Sequence record: PQ805430.1
Reading direction: 5' to 3' (one strand)
DNA from: Escherichia phage EK8
DNA: 64,000 nt
The translations under genes were made by a program, and so were the position numbers. Position 1 is the stretch's first letter. Each line of letters begins with the position of its first letter. Below are positions 55,622 through 64,000 of this stretch, piece after piece. The notes beneath the pieces were generated by a model. It was given only the letters and a program-made list of their open reading frames with translations. It was not told the DNA's origin and did not search any database.

Positions 55622-57780
55622 GGTCTGGCCAATTTCTTGGCTACGGTGATCATGATAGAACCGTTGATTTCGGCTTCATCAAGTTTGTCTGCCAGTTTGT
55701 CATTGAGTTCAATCACGCGAGTGCGGATACCCTCAAAGTCAAAGCCAGCATCGATAAGAATTTCAGCAAAACGGTGCAGCATGTTATTGCGGTTACCGTC
55801 GCCCGTATTATTGATAACCCAACGTTCCAGGTTATCCATCTGCTGCTGGTTACCCAGCAACTGCTTACGGTCTTCGTTCTTACTGGTTTTCGGAATGTAC
55901 GGGAGCACGTCGAATACTTCGCCGTCTTGATACTCGTAACTTCCCTTATGGCTAAGCCACTTCTTACAACGGTGAGTACAGGACTCATCCACTTCAAACG
56001 GTAACCCTTCGATTACGTTATTCATGAACTCTTTGTACTCTTTCGCATCCATGTACAACTCATAGTTCGTTGGCATTATGATGCGGAAACGGTTCGTTTC
56101 AGGAGTGGATCGCTTGGTGGTATAGAACAACGCTTTCTGCCCCTGGAGCAACAGCTTAGCCGTGCTCAGTTGCATAGTGCCGTCGATATCGAGAACAATC
56201 ATGTTGAAGCCAGGAATGGCATTCTCTTCGTTACGATAACCACTTGCCACATGGTGATTAAGCCAGTGGACGCCATCGGTTTGAGTCATCTTCCAGAGCT
56301 TGTCGAACGGTGCTCTGACTGCCTGATAACCCGTCGTCATATCCTGGTTTTGGGTATACGACAGAATCATCTCGCTGAGGTCAGTCTCTTTGAGGGTTTC
56401 CCCACGCAGGAACTGAATACCGTCATTAAAGGCTTTCTTAATGATGACGTTATTTTTATAACCCCATGCAGTCGCCATAGTGATCATCTCGTCTTTCTGG
56501 TTACGACCGCCACGGAAATACGGCAGGTCTTCATCCAGATCAGCGAGTGTCACTTCGTTTTTGGTTGCAGCCAGATAACGTGCCAGCTTGACGTAAGGGC
56601 GCTCAGGAGTCATCAGCTTGGCAAATGCCTCACCGGATTCCTCCACCAGCTTAATGGCGTTTTCCAGGTGATCCTGGGTAATAACCGCCGATTCATCAAT
56701 GAAGGCATAGGCTGCTGCCAGTTTCAGCGTTTTGAAGTAGCGATGATCCATCTCACTTTTCTTCACACTTTCGTGCTCGCTGTATTCGGCACCACGTTCT
56801 TCACACCATAAACGGTAGCGAAGAAGCTCCAGACAGACCGGCTCCGGGATGAATACCTTTTTACGGATATTCGCCACGTCAGCCAGACGGCCTAACTGAG
56901 TGCTGAGATCTTCGATGAAGTTGTTGCCCGCAGCATTGAACATCTGGGCCATCATCTCTTCTGCCGTTACGCCAGCTTTCTTCTTGCTGCCGATAACGAA
57001 GCCGAACAGACAGCGACGGGCATACCCCATTTCCAGCATGTCGTTAAGACGACGCTCGGTAATGTCACCATCAAACAGCTTGGTCGGAGTACCGAATAGC
57101 AGCATGTTGGTTGGGGTTGTGCCAGTGAGTCGCTCATGGCGAACGTTCTCGCTGGTGGACTTGACCAGCTTCTCCTTGACCATACCCAGATCGTAAAGTT
57201 CCAGGAAGGTGTCCAGCACCTCAGTCTGACCAACCAGGTTTGCACCTACTTCGTCAATCTGGAGGTTGACCGCACCAGCGTTACCCATCAGCAACTTGTG
57301 TCGCATCTGTTTAACTGCCGGGGTGGTGCCTGAGTCAAAGCTGAATAACAGCGAACCCAGGCTATCGAACTCTTTGCGTACCGCTACGAGTTCATCAGCC
57401 GGGTCAATCGTGTTATCCGGGGTACTTTTACGGGTTGCACGTTTATGAGCCAGTTCCAGTAAGTGTTGCTCTGCAATCTCAGGGAACGTGTATTCCAGGA
57501 AGTTTTCCCGGAACTGGTTGATGATCTCACGTTCGATGAGACTGGTTGAATAACCTTTACCGGTGCCTGACGGTGACAGGTTCAGGGCATAGATATTAAT
57601 CGGCAGACTGCCACGGTCGAAACCGTGAATCTCAGCACGCATAGACGATGCAATTTGTGCCCAGTAGTACGCCAGCACCACACGGAAGAATAAACGTTCC
57701 TGGTTCTGGGTTTTGGTGCAAAGAATATCGACGACCTGCTCCGACATTGGATGATAGGCCATCTCACTTACTGGTTTCAT
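55618..57780 (-). CDS. putative DNA primase / replication initiation protein (720 aa)
   Basis: large replication-module protein; NMIVLDIDG resembles the DxD motif of archaeo-eukaryotic-type primases; no family-A polymerase motifs. Confidence 0.35.
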   Translation of the reverse strand: MKPVSEMAYHPMSEQVVDILCTKTQNQERLFFRVVLAYYWAQIASSMRAEIHGFDRGSLPINIYALNLSPSGTGKGYSTSLIEREIINQFRENFLEYTFPEIAEQHLLELAHKRATRKSTPDNTIDPADELVAVRKEFDSLGSLLFSFDSGTTPAVKQMRHKLLMGNAGAVNLQIDEVGANLVGQTEVLDTFLELYDLGMVKEKLVKSTSENVRHERLTGTTPTNMLLFGTPTKLFDGDITERRLNDMLEMGYARRCLFGFVIGSKKKAGVTAEEMMAQMFNAAGNNFIEDLSTQLGRLADVANIRKKVFIPEPVCLELLRYRLWCEERGAEYSEHESVKKSEMDHRYFKTLKLAAAYAFIDESAVITQDHLENAIKLVEESGEAFAKLMTPERPYVKLARYLAATKNEVTLADLDEDLPYFRGGRNQKDEMITMATAWGYKNNVIIKKAFNDGIQFLRGETLKETDLSEMILSYTQNQDMTTGYQAVRAPFDKLWKMTQTDGVHWLNHHVASGYRNEENAIPGFNMIVLDIDGTMQLSTAKLLLQGQKALFYTTKRSTPETNRFRIIMPTNYELYMDAKEYKEFMNNVIEGLPFEVDESCTHRCKKWLSHKGSYEYQDGEVFDVLPYIPKTSKNEDRKQLLGNQQQMDNLERWVINNTGDGNRNNMLHRFAEILIDAGFDFEGIRTRVIELNDKLADKLDEAEINGSIMITVAKKLARP

Positions 57781-57791
57781 GGGTACTCCTA

Positions 57792-58784
57792 CTATTCGAG
57801 AATCAGATCGCCAGATTCGATCAACCGATCCTTTTGTTTACAGACGGTAAATGCAGGGCAGTATTTGCAAGCGCCTACCTGCCCCCTAACTTCAACTACT
57901 TCACCTTTACCACCTTTGTTCTGCCAGAAGGCAATCGCTTCACCTTCATTGGTGAAGTTTTTGGTGGCACGGGCTTTGTTCGCCGGGTTTGAGTAATATT
58001 TCCAGACCGGATCGCTACGCCATAGCTCGTCGTCGGTACAGTCCGGGATCTCTTCATCGGGTGCATTCATATACTGCTGCACCAGTTTCAGGCGGTTCTC
58101 AACGTACTGTTGAGTGTCTTCCACGGACATTAACTTGAACTTGCGAGGCATCATTTTACGCGGAGGATAATTAGCATCAGCCCGTGACATTGCTTTCTGC
58201 CAGTCAGTAAAGATGAACTGAATGGTGAAAACGTCATTGGTAATGATCTCCGGGTTAAGCCAGCGATAAATGGAACCCTGGAGGATATAGTCATCGTCTT
58301 TGCGATTCTTAATCCAGGTATAGACACTGGTTGATTTAAAGTCTTCCAGCGCACCGTTGCCAACGAAGTCAAACTTACCGGACACACGAAAACCCATCAC
58401 TTCTTTGAAGCTACGGAGTTCCATATATACCGGGATACTGTCTGGCTTGAGGTCTTCGGGATTCGGGTTAAACACAATACGATCAATGATGTGCTGTGGG
58501 TAGCCCAGATCCTTCATGGCTTGGATACGTGTCTCTTCCACCGACCAGGCTTTTTCGATGCCATCGTGGATCGCCGTACCCATACGTGCAGAGATGAAAT
58601 CCTCCACATCCGGGATATCAGATCCCGGTGGTACACGGCGAGCCAGGACGTATTGTCGTAGTGGTCGGATTAACGACGTAGCCGAGATGGTATTCGGAAT
58701 ATAGTCGTAGTGATCTACGGCGAGAAACAGCGCGACAGATAACGGGATATGCTCCCGGTTTGTCACCTTACGTTGATACGCCAT
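57792..58784 (-). CDS. PD-(D/E)xK nuclease, Cas4/RecB-like with Fe-S Cys cluster
   Basis: FDFVG...LEDFK (D...ExK), QGSIY (QhxxY), C-terminal CKYCPAFTVC. Confidence 0.6.
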   Translation of the reverse strand: MAYQRKVTNREHIPLSVALFLAVDHYDYIPNTISATSLIRPLRQYVLARRVPPGSDIPDVEDFISARMGTAIHDGIEKAWSVEETRIQAMKDLGYPQHIIDRIVFNPNPEDLKPDSIPVYMELRSFKEVMGFRVSGKFDFVGNGALEDFKSTSVYTWIKNRKDDDYILQGSIYRWLNPEIITNDVFTIQFIFTDWQKAMSRADANYPPRKMMPRKFKLMSVEDTQQYVENRLKLVQQYMNAPDEEIPDCTDDELWRSDPVWKYYSNPANKARATKNFTNEGEAIAFWQNKGGKGEVVEVRGQVGACKYCPAFTVCKQKDRLIESGDLILE

Positions 58785-59296
58785 TATTCTTTTTCCTGTT
58801 TGGCAAGGAACTCAGCAGCCAGTGCCTCATAGGCTGTAGCGTCCTCAAAGTTGTCCAGCTTAAAATTCCCCTGGGTACTGCGTACCATCTTGAGGAATAC
58901 CATGAACCGCCAGCCCTGATCTTCGGTCAGGTTCATACCGTAGAACAGGTTGAACAGTTCGACAGTACGTCCCATCGACCGTTCACCTTCTGGCTTATCG
59001 TAAGTAACAGCCCGGTCAGCTAAGTGTCCGGCAGCTTTACTTAGGATCTGGTCAGCCTTAACCAGGTCGGTCAGTGTATCCTGGAATTGTTCGTCATGCT
59101 CTTCCTGACTTAACTTTTCCAGCATATCGGCCAGCTTTGCAGCTTCACCCAGGTGATAGGCTTTTTTACGCCAAGTGGCAGACTGTGCTGCCGATTTCAT
59201 TCGGTTGTTATAATTAGCCTCCAGATTTTCAATCTGTTTGGCCCTAACGGAAGCTCTCATACTCGATCCTCTGCACAATGCCCGGAAGGGCATCAT
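58784..59296 (-). CDS. hypothetical protein (170 aa)
   Basis: ORF adjacent to ThyX-like gene. Confidence 0.45.
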   Translation of the reverse strand: MMPFRALCRGSSMRASVRAKQIENLEANYNNRMKSAAQSATWRKKAYHLGEAAKLADMLEKLSQEEHDEQFQDTLTDLVKADQILSKAAGHLADRAVTYDKPEGERSMGRTVELFNLFYGMNLTEDQGWRFMVFLKMVRSTQGNFKLDNFEDATAYEALAAEFLAKQEKE

Positions 59297-59466
59297 TTAG
59301 TTTTACGGTTGGATAACTTAATCCCATGCCTACTGGCATGTTCTTGAATAGACTTACGATCACGTTTCATAAGACGGGCAAGGTAGTCTATGTCAATATC
59401 ACGTCCATGTAGCTTTAACAGAAACTTCGTCTCGTCTACCGTGAATTGTGAATATCTCTTGCCCAT
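59293..59466 (-). CDS. small basic protein (57 aa, below ORF-track cut-off)
   Basis: hand translation MGKRYSQFTVDETKFLLKLHGRDIDIDYLARLMKRDRKSIQEHASRHGIKLSNRKTK; stop overlaps downstream ATG. Confidence 0.3.
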   Translation of the reverse strand: MGKRYSQFTVDETKFLLKLHGRDIDIDYLARLMKRDRKSIQEHASRHGIKLSNRKTK

Positions 59467-59472
59467 AGCGTT

Positions 59473-60234
59473 TTACTTTGTGAGTGCTTTCCACGATACC
59501 GGGTAAAGCGGTTCGATGATGGTGCGTACCAGTTCAGCAAGCTCCTGGTTTTCACCCTGAGCATGGGGATCGACACGCTTGTTGTAGAAGTTGGCGAAGG
59601 CAAACAGATTACCAGTCCAAAGCCAGTTAACCATTGCACCCTGGGGCAACACAAAGCGTGCTTGCTCTGGTGCTACACCCTTTTCTAGCATCCAGTTATA
59701 GCATTGTACTGCTTGTTCAACTTGGTACTTATAGGCTTCCTTGATGCCAGGATTCAACGGATGAATACCGCCACTACCCTGTTTAATAGAACCTTCTGGT
59801 TTGGTACGGAACTCCGGGATAAAAATCTCCGGCGTACAGGTGATATAGCGACGGGACTCTTCGTTTTCAACGAAGCCCTGCTTATGCTTGAAGCATTGGG
59901 TGCGGATTGGAATTGGTGCCTTCATACTTACGCTAATAGAGGTATGAGCGAACGGCGTCCAGTGAGTAGCCTGGTGTCGGATCTGGTTATAGAGTTCGAT
60001 AGCTGCCTTACCTGATCCCTCTGGACACTTCAACGTACCGTTTTGAATCGCATTAATTACTGCGTTACGATCATCAGTTTTAAGGCCGAAAGCCAGGAAG
60101 TTGATTAACCCTATATCCTTCTTGGTTAATTCACCACTGGTTTCATGGCCTATACCAAAGGACAAACGGGCCGCATTGACCACCGACTTATCGGTGCCCA
60201 TATGATCCACATAAATTGCTGATTGTTGAGACAT
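59473..60234 (-). CDS. thyX: ThyX-fold protein (flavin-dependent thymidylate synthase-like)
   Basis: aligns by eye to ThyX: AARLSFG, HWTPFAH, KAPIPIRTQCFKHK...SRRY, ARFVLPQG, R...HAQ; signature reads K-H-K not R-H-R. Confidence 0.65.
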   Translation of the reverse strand: MSQQSAIYVDHMGTDKSVVNAARLSFGIGHETSGELTKKDIGLINFLAFGLKTDDRNAVINAIQNGTLKCPEGSGKAAIELYNQIRHQATHWTPFAHTSISVSMKAPIPIRTQCFKHKQGFVENEESRRYITCTPEIFIPEFRTKPEGSIKQGSGGIHPLNPGIKEAYKYQVEQAVQCYNWMLEKGVAPEQARFVLPQGAMVNWLWTGNLFAFANFYNKRVDPHAQGENQELAELVRTIIEPLYPVSWKALTK

Positions 60235-60331
60235 GGTATTTCTCCAGTTAATAGTTCATTGAGGGGCAGGGAACTGCCCTTTTATGGGAAAACAGTTTAT
60301 GATTTAGGCATTCGATTAAAGGAGACTCATC

Positions 60332-61051
60332 ATGAGTGATACCCCGATCATTCCAGAGAACACGACACTAATTGACGTGTATCTGAAAAATCCGAATGGT
60401 CATCCATTAACCAACACGCGATTCATTGTGAAACCAGTACGTGCTGGTTTCTGGAATGACTACGTAGGGGTGGTGGAAGACAGAGAGGAACTCTATTGCA
60501 CGGATGAGAACGGTTACGTTCAGTTGCACTTATGGCCGTTGCCCTATCCGTATACGCTTACCTATTCCTATGACGACAATGCTGTGCCTGGTTACTTTAT
60601 GTTTTACGTGCCGGACATTCGTACCGTCGTTCAGTTCCAAGATCTTATCGTTACTCAAGCCAGAGATGAACCCGCTTACGGTGAAACTATCCTGGCCCAG
60701 ATTGTAGCGGCTAAGGCTCAGGTATCAGCTCTCGTTGATGAGGCTAAAACCAGCGAGGCTGCTGCGGCTACATCGGCTACTACTGCTACTAATGCTGCAT
60801 CTACTGCGACAGCTAAGGCTTCCCAGACGGATGAAGATCGCGAGCAGGTTGCAGCTATTCAACTGGCTTTGCAAGGCATTCTTGGACAAATGACCGAGGC
60901 CATTGTTAAGATCCAGGGTATTAACTTACAGAACAAACTGTTACTCGGCGGTTACCAAATTTGGGTAGACGCATTCGGTAAACTTCGTATTAAAAACGGC
61001 GCTCCAACCAGTGATACTGATGGTACTGTCGTTGGCGATCAAACATCATAA
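60332..61051 (+). CDS. putative tail fibre-associated protein (239 aa)
   Basis: first gene of plus-strand tail block; Ala/Thr-rich linker. Confidence 0.4.
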   Translation: MSDTPIIPENTTLIDVYLKNPNGHPLTNTRFIVKPVRAGFWNDYVGVVEDREELYCTDENGYVQLHLWPLPYPYTLTYSYDDNAVPGYFMFYVPDIRTVVQFQDLIVTQARDEPAYGETILAQIVAAKAQVSALVDEAKTSEAAAATSATTATNAASTATAKASQTDEDREQVAAIQLALQGILGQMTEAIVKIQGINLQNKLLLGGYQIWVDAFGKLRIKNGAPTSDTDGTVVGDQTS

Positions 61052-61062
61052 GGAGCGGATAA

Positions 61063-63888
61063 ATGTGTGATAAAGATACTTGCAATGACGCCTCTTGCTG
61101 CGGTGAGTGTGAACCGTGGAACTGCTTAGAACAGCAAGTCAACGACATTCTTGCCACCAAAGAGGATCAACTCCAGGGCTATGTGGACGAAGCCAAAGAT
61201 GCAGCCGCTGAGTCGAAAGCCTCGTCAGAGGCGTCGGCTCAGTCGGCTGCGGAGTCGAAGGAGTTCCGCGACGAAGCAGAAGTGGCAGCAAGCACGGCAG
61301 TAGCCGCAGAAAGTGTTGTACTCGGTGTAGCAAACACGTTACAAGATACCGCAGATAAGCTCGAACAGATTGCTGATGAGCTTGGTACTGCTATTGCTGG
61401 TGTTGCTGTATCCTCATGGTTCTATACTACGGTATCTGAAAACCAGACGGTTATTCCTGTACCGGCTTATAAGAATGCTGTGGACGTGCAGTCGATTTAT
61501 ATCGAAGGTGCTCGTCAATCCCCATTCCGTGGGTTCGAGTTCGATAAAACTGCCATGACTATTACGCTGGCTGAACCTCTGCCGTTGGGTTTAGAAATTG
61601 AAATTATCCTGGGTACTTATAACTCAGATAATCCTAATAATTTTGCTCAAACTCTGGCTTCCAACAATGGTGCAAGTCTTGTTGGTACTTCCAATGGTCT
61701 TACAGTACAAGAGAATCTGACTGATCTAGTAGAACAGGATGCGGACTTTAAAGAAACCTTTAAAGCTCACTGGGTTAACAGCCAGGCAGATAAAAAAGAA
61801 ATTCGTTTTGATCTACCATTACTATTTCCAGATTATGATGCAATTTTAGCCGCACATCCTGACTGGACGTTTATCTATCCAGGGTCATTCTGCATCGGGG
61901 ACGATGGCAATATCTATATTGCGTATGGCCCAAGTAACAACGCAGCAACGGAACGTTTCGTTGTAGTTTACTCAGGCAATGGTGATTACTTAGGGTATCT
62001 CCAGACTAATAATGGAGGCACTGGGGTAAATGGTTCTGCAGTATCCGAAGGGATTATCGTAACCAATTACTATGGTTCACTTAAGTTATTCCTGGGGTCT
62101 TACGATGGTAACTTAGCTGAGTTTGATATCTCAGCAGTGACCTATGGCACTATGATTAGTTATTCAGCTTTGCATCAGGTAGGTCTATATAACCAGTTCT
62201 CCTTCCACAATGGAATGTGGGCAGTTGAGCAGGCCATCCCATCGTTGGGCATTAACCGCCAACGTAATGCTATTGCATATTTCAACTCCGCATTTGCATT
62301 AACTGGTTTCACGGAATTTTCTCCGTATGATGCTGGATACATCACGTCAACTACTACTGATGACGGGTCACTTCAAACTAAGCGACAAGCAATCTGTTTA
62401 GCTCCCGGTGTTTTGATCATGGCATTTGGTGGTGTTTACATTACAGGAACAACTGTAGAAGCGCCTACTAATTATCAGGGGGTAAAAGCATTTAGCACTG
62501 ATGGGCATAAAATGGTAGAGGCAGTAATACCCCCTACTGATTTTATTAATGTTTTGGATGCTAAAGGGTTAACGACCTCTCGTATAGAAAATGAGGGTGT
62601 TTGCTACGCAAAAGGTGAAGTATTCACCTTATGGATTTATAACAATAGAACTACCCCAAATGCGTATACTAACGGCATCCTGATTACTAAAGAATATTCG
62701 AACTCCCCGGATTTGGATTTTTCTGAGGCGGTTACGGTATCCCCAGGTTACGACACTGTTCGAATGGCTTCTGGGGTTTATCCTCGCATTCTCGCAGGCG
62801 ACAGACTCTATAATCCGTTGACTGGTGCTGCCATGACTTCAATGACAGAAGTATTGGACTTTATGCGCCTGTCTGGACAAAAAGCAGTTACTATTTATAC
62901 GTCAAGCACTGGTCTTACAGACCTGGCTGGGGTTGCTTATCCAATTGGGGTAGAACTCCACATTAGCAACCTAAATAACCAGAGTTTTTCTATAGATCAG
63001 ACCGGGCCAACTACCCGTAAAACTGTGCGAGTAACTTACGATACCTCCGGCTATACCATAGTCACAGCAGCTTCTGGTTTGGAGACTTACCGTTTAACTC
63101 TAAACAATACTGACTCTGGTTCTTTAACTCAGGGGCGTATTGCTGCCAGAGCTTTTGGTGGTAGTACACTCACTGAGGCAGAGCAGATTCTTGTTCTGGA
63201 TCAGCAGAGTTCTGCAACTGCTCACTCTCTTCTTATCGGGGGTGGTTCCTCAGTCTTTAAGAGTGCGACTTCTGTAAGTTTTGTGACTAACTCATCACCT
63301 GCCAGTTTAGGTGGTACTATCCGTTGGCGTTTGGATGACACATCCCTTCGTCCGTATGCAGATAACAGCTATAACTTGGGTAACCCATCGTTACGTGTGG
63401 CTCAAGTATTCGCAGCAATTGGTACTATTAATACGTCTGATTCCCGTGAAAAAACTGATCCTTCTGAAATATCGGATGATATCCTTGATGCCTGGGGCGA
63501 TGTACAGGTGATCACCTATAAGTGGTTAGCTTCTATCGCATCTAAAGGGGAGGACTCTGCTCGTTGGCATTTCGGGGTAATTGCCCAACAGGTTCGTGAC
63601 ACGTTCATCAAGCATGGATTGGATGGTACTGCCTTTGGCCTGCTTTGTTACGACGAGTGGGAAGATGAATATGAACCTGAATTCACTGATGAGATTATCA
63701 CTGTTAATATCGACGGTGTGGATACCGAAGTTACACGTCAAGTGGCAACCGGTAACACGTTGCTTGTTAGAGCTGCCGGTAATCGTTGGGGCATTCGTCC
63801 CGATCAGTGTTTTTGGTTAGAAGCCGCTTATCAGCGTCGTCGTGTAAGCCGTATAGAAGAACGCTTACTCGCACTTGAATCCAAATAA
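61063..63888 (+). CDS. tail fibre / tailspike with C-terminal intramolecular chaperone (peptidase S74-like) domain
   Basis: 941 aa; C-terminal TSDSREK motif resembling the SDxxxK autoproteolytic site of S74 chaperone domains; AAGGAG RBS; Cys-rich N-terminus. Confidence 0.55.
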   Translation: MCDKDTCNDASCCGECEPWNCLEQQVNDILATKEDQLQGYVDEAKDAAAESKASSEASAQSAAESKEFRDEAEVAASTAVAAESVVLGVANTLQDTADKLEQIADELGTAIAGVAVSSWFYTTVSENQTVIPVPAYKNAVDVQSIYIEGARQSPFRGFEFDKTAMTITLAEPLPLGLEIEIILGTYNSDNPNNFAQTLASNNGASLVGTSNGLTVQENLTDLVEQDADFKETFKAHWVNSQADKKEIRFDLPLLFPDYDAILAAHPDWTFIYPGSFCIGDDGNIYIAYGPSNNAATERFVVVYSGNGDYLGYLQTNNGGTGVNGSAVSEGIIVTNYYGSLKLFLGSYDGNLAEFDISAVTYGTMISYSALHQVGLYNQFSFHNGMWAVEQAIPSLGINRQRNAIAYFNSAFALTGFTEFSPYDAGYITSTTTDDGSLQTKRQAICLAPGVLIMAFGGVYITGTTVEAPTNYQGVKAFSTDGHKMVEAVIPPTDFINVLDAKGLTTSRIENEGVCYAKGEVFTLWIYNNRTTPNAYTNGILITKEYSNSPDLDFSEAVTVSPGYDTVRMASGVYPRILAGDRLYNPLTGAAMTSMTEVLDFMRLSGQKAVTIYTSSTGLTDLAGVAYPIGVELHISNLNNQSFSIDQTGPTTRKTVRVTYDTSGYTIVTAASGLETYRLTLNNTDSGSLTQGRIAARAFGGSTLTEAEQILVLDQQSSATAHSLLIGGGSSVFKSATSVSFVTNSSPASLGGTIRWRLDDTSLRPYADNSYNLGNPSLRVAQVFAAIGTINTSDSREKTDPSEISDDILDAWGDVQVITYKWLASIASKGEDSARWHFGVIAQQVRDTFIKHGLDGTAFGLLCYDEWEDEYEPEFTDEIITVNIDGVDTEVTRQVATGNTLLVRAAGNRWGIRPDQCFWLEAAYQRRRVSRIEERLLALESK

Positions 63889-63938
63889 TATAAGCCTCTT
63901 GGGGGGCTTTTCCATTGAGAATAACAACAGGAGCTACT

Positions 63939-64000
63939 ATGGAATCTCAATTCCGCCAACCAAAAAAAGTTATTAATGTCGAAGTTAATAAACAGAGTAT
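63939..64000 (+). CDS. hypothetical protein (partial, runs off window end)
   Basis: AGGAG RBS then ATG at 63939; MESQFRQPKKVINVEVNKQS... Confidence 0.3.
   Translation, partial: MESQFRQPKKVINVEVNKQS

Noticed and set aside
59436-59654. 72-aa minus-strand ORF overlapping the ThyX 3' end
   Set aside because: Out-of-frame overlap with a confidently identified gene; replaced by a 57-aa ORF at 59293..59466 that starts after the ThyX stop.
1-64000. Prophage or integrative element signatures (integrase, attachment sites, repressor)
   Set aside because: No integrase or recombinase-type lysogeny genes were recognised; the content is that of a strictly lytic N4-like phage.

Overview
This 64-kb window reads as most of the genome of an N4-like (Schitoviridae-type) lytic podophage; all calls are from reading the sequence and ORF track by eye, with no database search run. 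It is gene-dense and falls into four strand blocks. (A) Minus strand 22819->1: an early region of many small genes, a split T7-like RNA polymerase II (15383..16384 and 14098..15372), an HNH endonuclease, a lipoprotein, a MoxR-type AAA+/vWA cluster, a Dda-like helicase, rIIA and a partial rIIB running off the window start. (B) Plus strand 23423->51232: candidate small and large terminase, portal, scaffold-like protein, major capsid protein, virion proteins and a 3696-aa virion RNA polymerase, interrupted at 26971..29210 by a minus-strand island carrying tRNA-Gln and tRNA-Asn. (C) Minus strand 60234->51436: ThyX-like protein, Cas4-like nuclease, primase-like protein, Sak4-like ATPase, a second HNH endonuclease, SSB-like protein and RuvC-like resolvase. 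(D) Plus strand from 60332: tail fibre genes. No DNA polymerase, endolysin, integrase, rRNA or CRISPR array was found. The most interesting signals are a recurring CGC-TAT-GCG hairpin upstream of early genes (candidate virion-RNAP promoters), a 141-bp cytosine-free repeat tract at the divergent early/late junction, a family of at least ten paralogous small proteins, an acidic protein with repeated LDLF motifs next to the SSB-like gene, and a ThyX homologue with K-H-K in place of the R-H-R signature.
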